A stretch of DNA of 41,443 nucleotides from Bacteriovoracaceae bacterium (GTDB lineage Bacteria; Bdellovibrionota; Bacteriovoracia; Bacteriovoracales; Bacteriovoracaceae), in assembly GCA_049599895.1 (NCBI GenBank), contig JBMYPC010000008.1, positions 1 to 41,443 of the forward strand. Direction: 5' to 3'. The notes beneath the pieces were generated by a model. It ran no database searches. It saw only the letters and a program-made list of their open reading frames with translations, and was not told the DNA's origin. The translations under genes and the position numbers were made by a program. This document shows, piece by piece, positions 40,462 to 41,443 of the stretch. Positions within the stretch are counted from its first letter, which is position 1; each line of letters begins with the position of its first letter.

Positions 40462-41316
40462 TTACCTAGAGTGCCTAATGCCTTCTTCAAAGCTTATAGG
40501 GTTAAAGTGGAAGTCTTTTTTTGCCTCATCATGATCAAAGCTTTTATCTTCATTAAGTCTTTGGATCTGCTCTTTTGAAATCGGAGTCCTAAAAGGAAGC
40601 AAAGAAAGAATTCCATAAATAAAATAGATCAGATTGAGAGGGATGTGGAGCTTGAGAGTGGATCGACCTTGAACCTTTGCTACGGTATCGACGACTTCAT
40701 TAAAAGTCTGCTTTTGTTTACCACTTAAGTTATAGGATTTTTTTATGGTTTTCTCTGAAAGAAAAGCGCTGACAATTGCTTTTGCCAAGTCTTCAACAAA
40801 AATTGGCTGTTGGTAAGACTTTCCATCGCCAGGGATAAAGACAATGGGATACTTTTTAATCCAACGAACCAGTCGGATCATATTTCGATCATCTTCAAAT
40901 CCATAAATCATTGTAGGCCTTACTAAGGTCCAGTCGAGATTGCTTTCAAAGATGGCCTTTTCAGCTTCAAGGCGAACTTTTTTTGTTTGAGCTGGAAGAG
41001 TAGTAAAAACGGCGGTGGTTCCAACAAAAATAACTCTCTTCACGTTTTGGTTTTCACAAGCTGTTACGATGTCTTGGCAATGACCAAATCCAATGGATGC
41101 AACGTTGATAAGACCATCCATGCCATTAAGAGCTTTGTCTAGCTCATCTCTGGAGTCAAGATCTCCATAACAAAGCTGAACTTTGTCTTTGGGAATTCCT
41201 TCGAGCGAGCTTGTTTTTCTGACAAACAAAGAAACTTCAATATCTGAATGCTTAAGGATTTCTCTTAAGACTCGATTTCCGGTAAATCCTGTTGCACCTG
41301 TAATAAGAACTTTCAT
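40462..41316 (-). CDS. NAD-dependent epimerase/reductase (atypical SDR)
   Basis: ITGATGFTG, RPTMIYG, QPIFVEDLA motifs. Confidence 0.85.
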   Translation of the reverse strand: MKVLITGATGFTGNRVLREILKHSDIEVSLFVRKTSSLEGIPKDKVQLCYGDLDSRDELDKALNGMDGLINVASIGFGHCQDIVTACENQNVKRVIFVGTTAVFTTLPAQTKKVRLEAEKAIFESNLDWTLVRPTMIYGFEDDRNMIRLVRWIKKYPIVFIPGDGKSYQQPIFVEDLAKAIVSAFLSEKTIKKSYNLSGKQKQTFNEVVDTVAKVQGRSTLKLHIPLNLIYFIYGILSLLPFRTPISKEQIQRLNEDKSFDHDEAKKDFHFNPISFEEGIRHSR

Positions 41317-41443
41317 TTATTCACTCCTGTAATCGCGTCATTCATTAAGGAGAGATAGTCTTTGGCAATTTGTTCTCGATTATAGTTTTCTTTTACGAAC
41401 TGAAGGCCTTTTTGAGAGAGCTCTTCACAGAGATCTTTTGAAC
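41313..41443 (-). CDS. C-terminus of a GT4 glycosyltransferase (partial, runs off window)
   Basis: SKDLCEELSQKGLQFVKENYNREQIAKDYLSLM...* matches the GT-B C-terminal helix pattern; ATGA overlap with the next gene. Confidence 0.7.
   Translation of the reverse strand, partial: SKDLCEELSQKGLQFVKENYNREQIAKDYLSLMNDAITGVNK

Overview
AT-rich, gene-dense bacterial window. The gene content suggests Bdellovibrionota (Halobacteriovorax/Bacteriovorax-like), but that is inference only. Left part (1-19.2 kb): a TehB-like methyltransferase; an Opp/Yej-type peptide ABC module without its own ATPase, followed directly by a BtuF/D/C-like cobalamin or iron-chelate ABC transporter; an HtrA protease; phosphatidylserine decarboxylase preceded by a near-consensus Pho box; an EEP hydrolase; an HTH gene pair behind a sigma54-type promoter; an unexplained three-gene operon of exported proteins (chalcone-isomerase fold, lipoprotein, 458-aa protein with a repeat and a glycine zipper); and metF-metH. 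Right part (19.3-41.4 kb): a strand-scrambled surface-glycan locus with GT4/GT2/GT9 enzymes, two initiating phosphoglycosyl transferases, GtrB plus two GT-C-like membrane proteins, Wzx, a Wzy/WaaL-like protein, divergent fcl/gmd and CapD/PglF. Features not resolved by the ORF track: a head-to-head junction of a truncated apt and a decayed DUF1554-like lipoprotein gene, a shattered EEP lipoprotein pseudogene, an apparently catalytically dead LacX-like epimerase and two GC-rich REP-like palindromic elements. No rRNA, tRNA, CRISPR array, transposase or phage gene was recognised. All family assignments come from motif recognition, not database searches.
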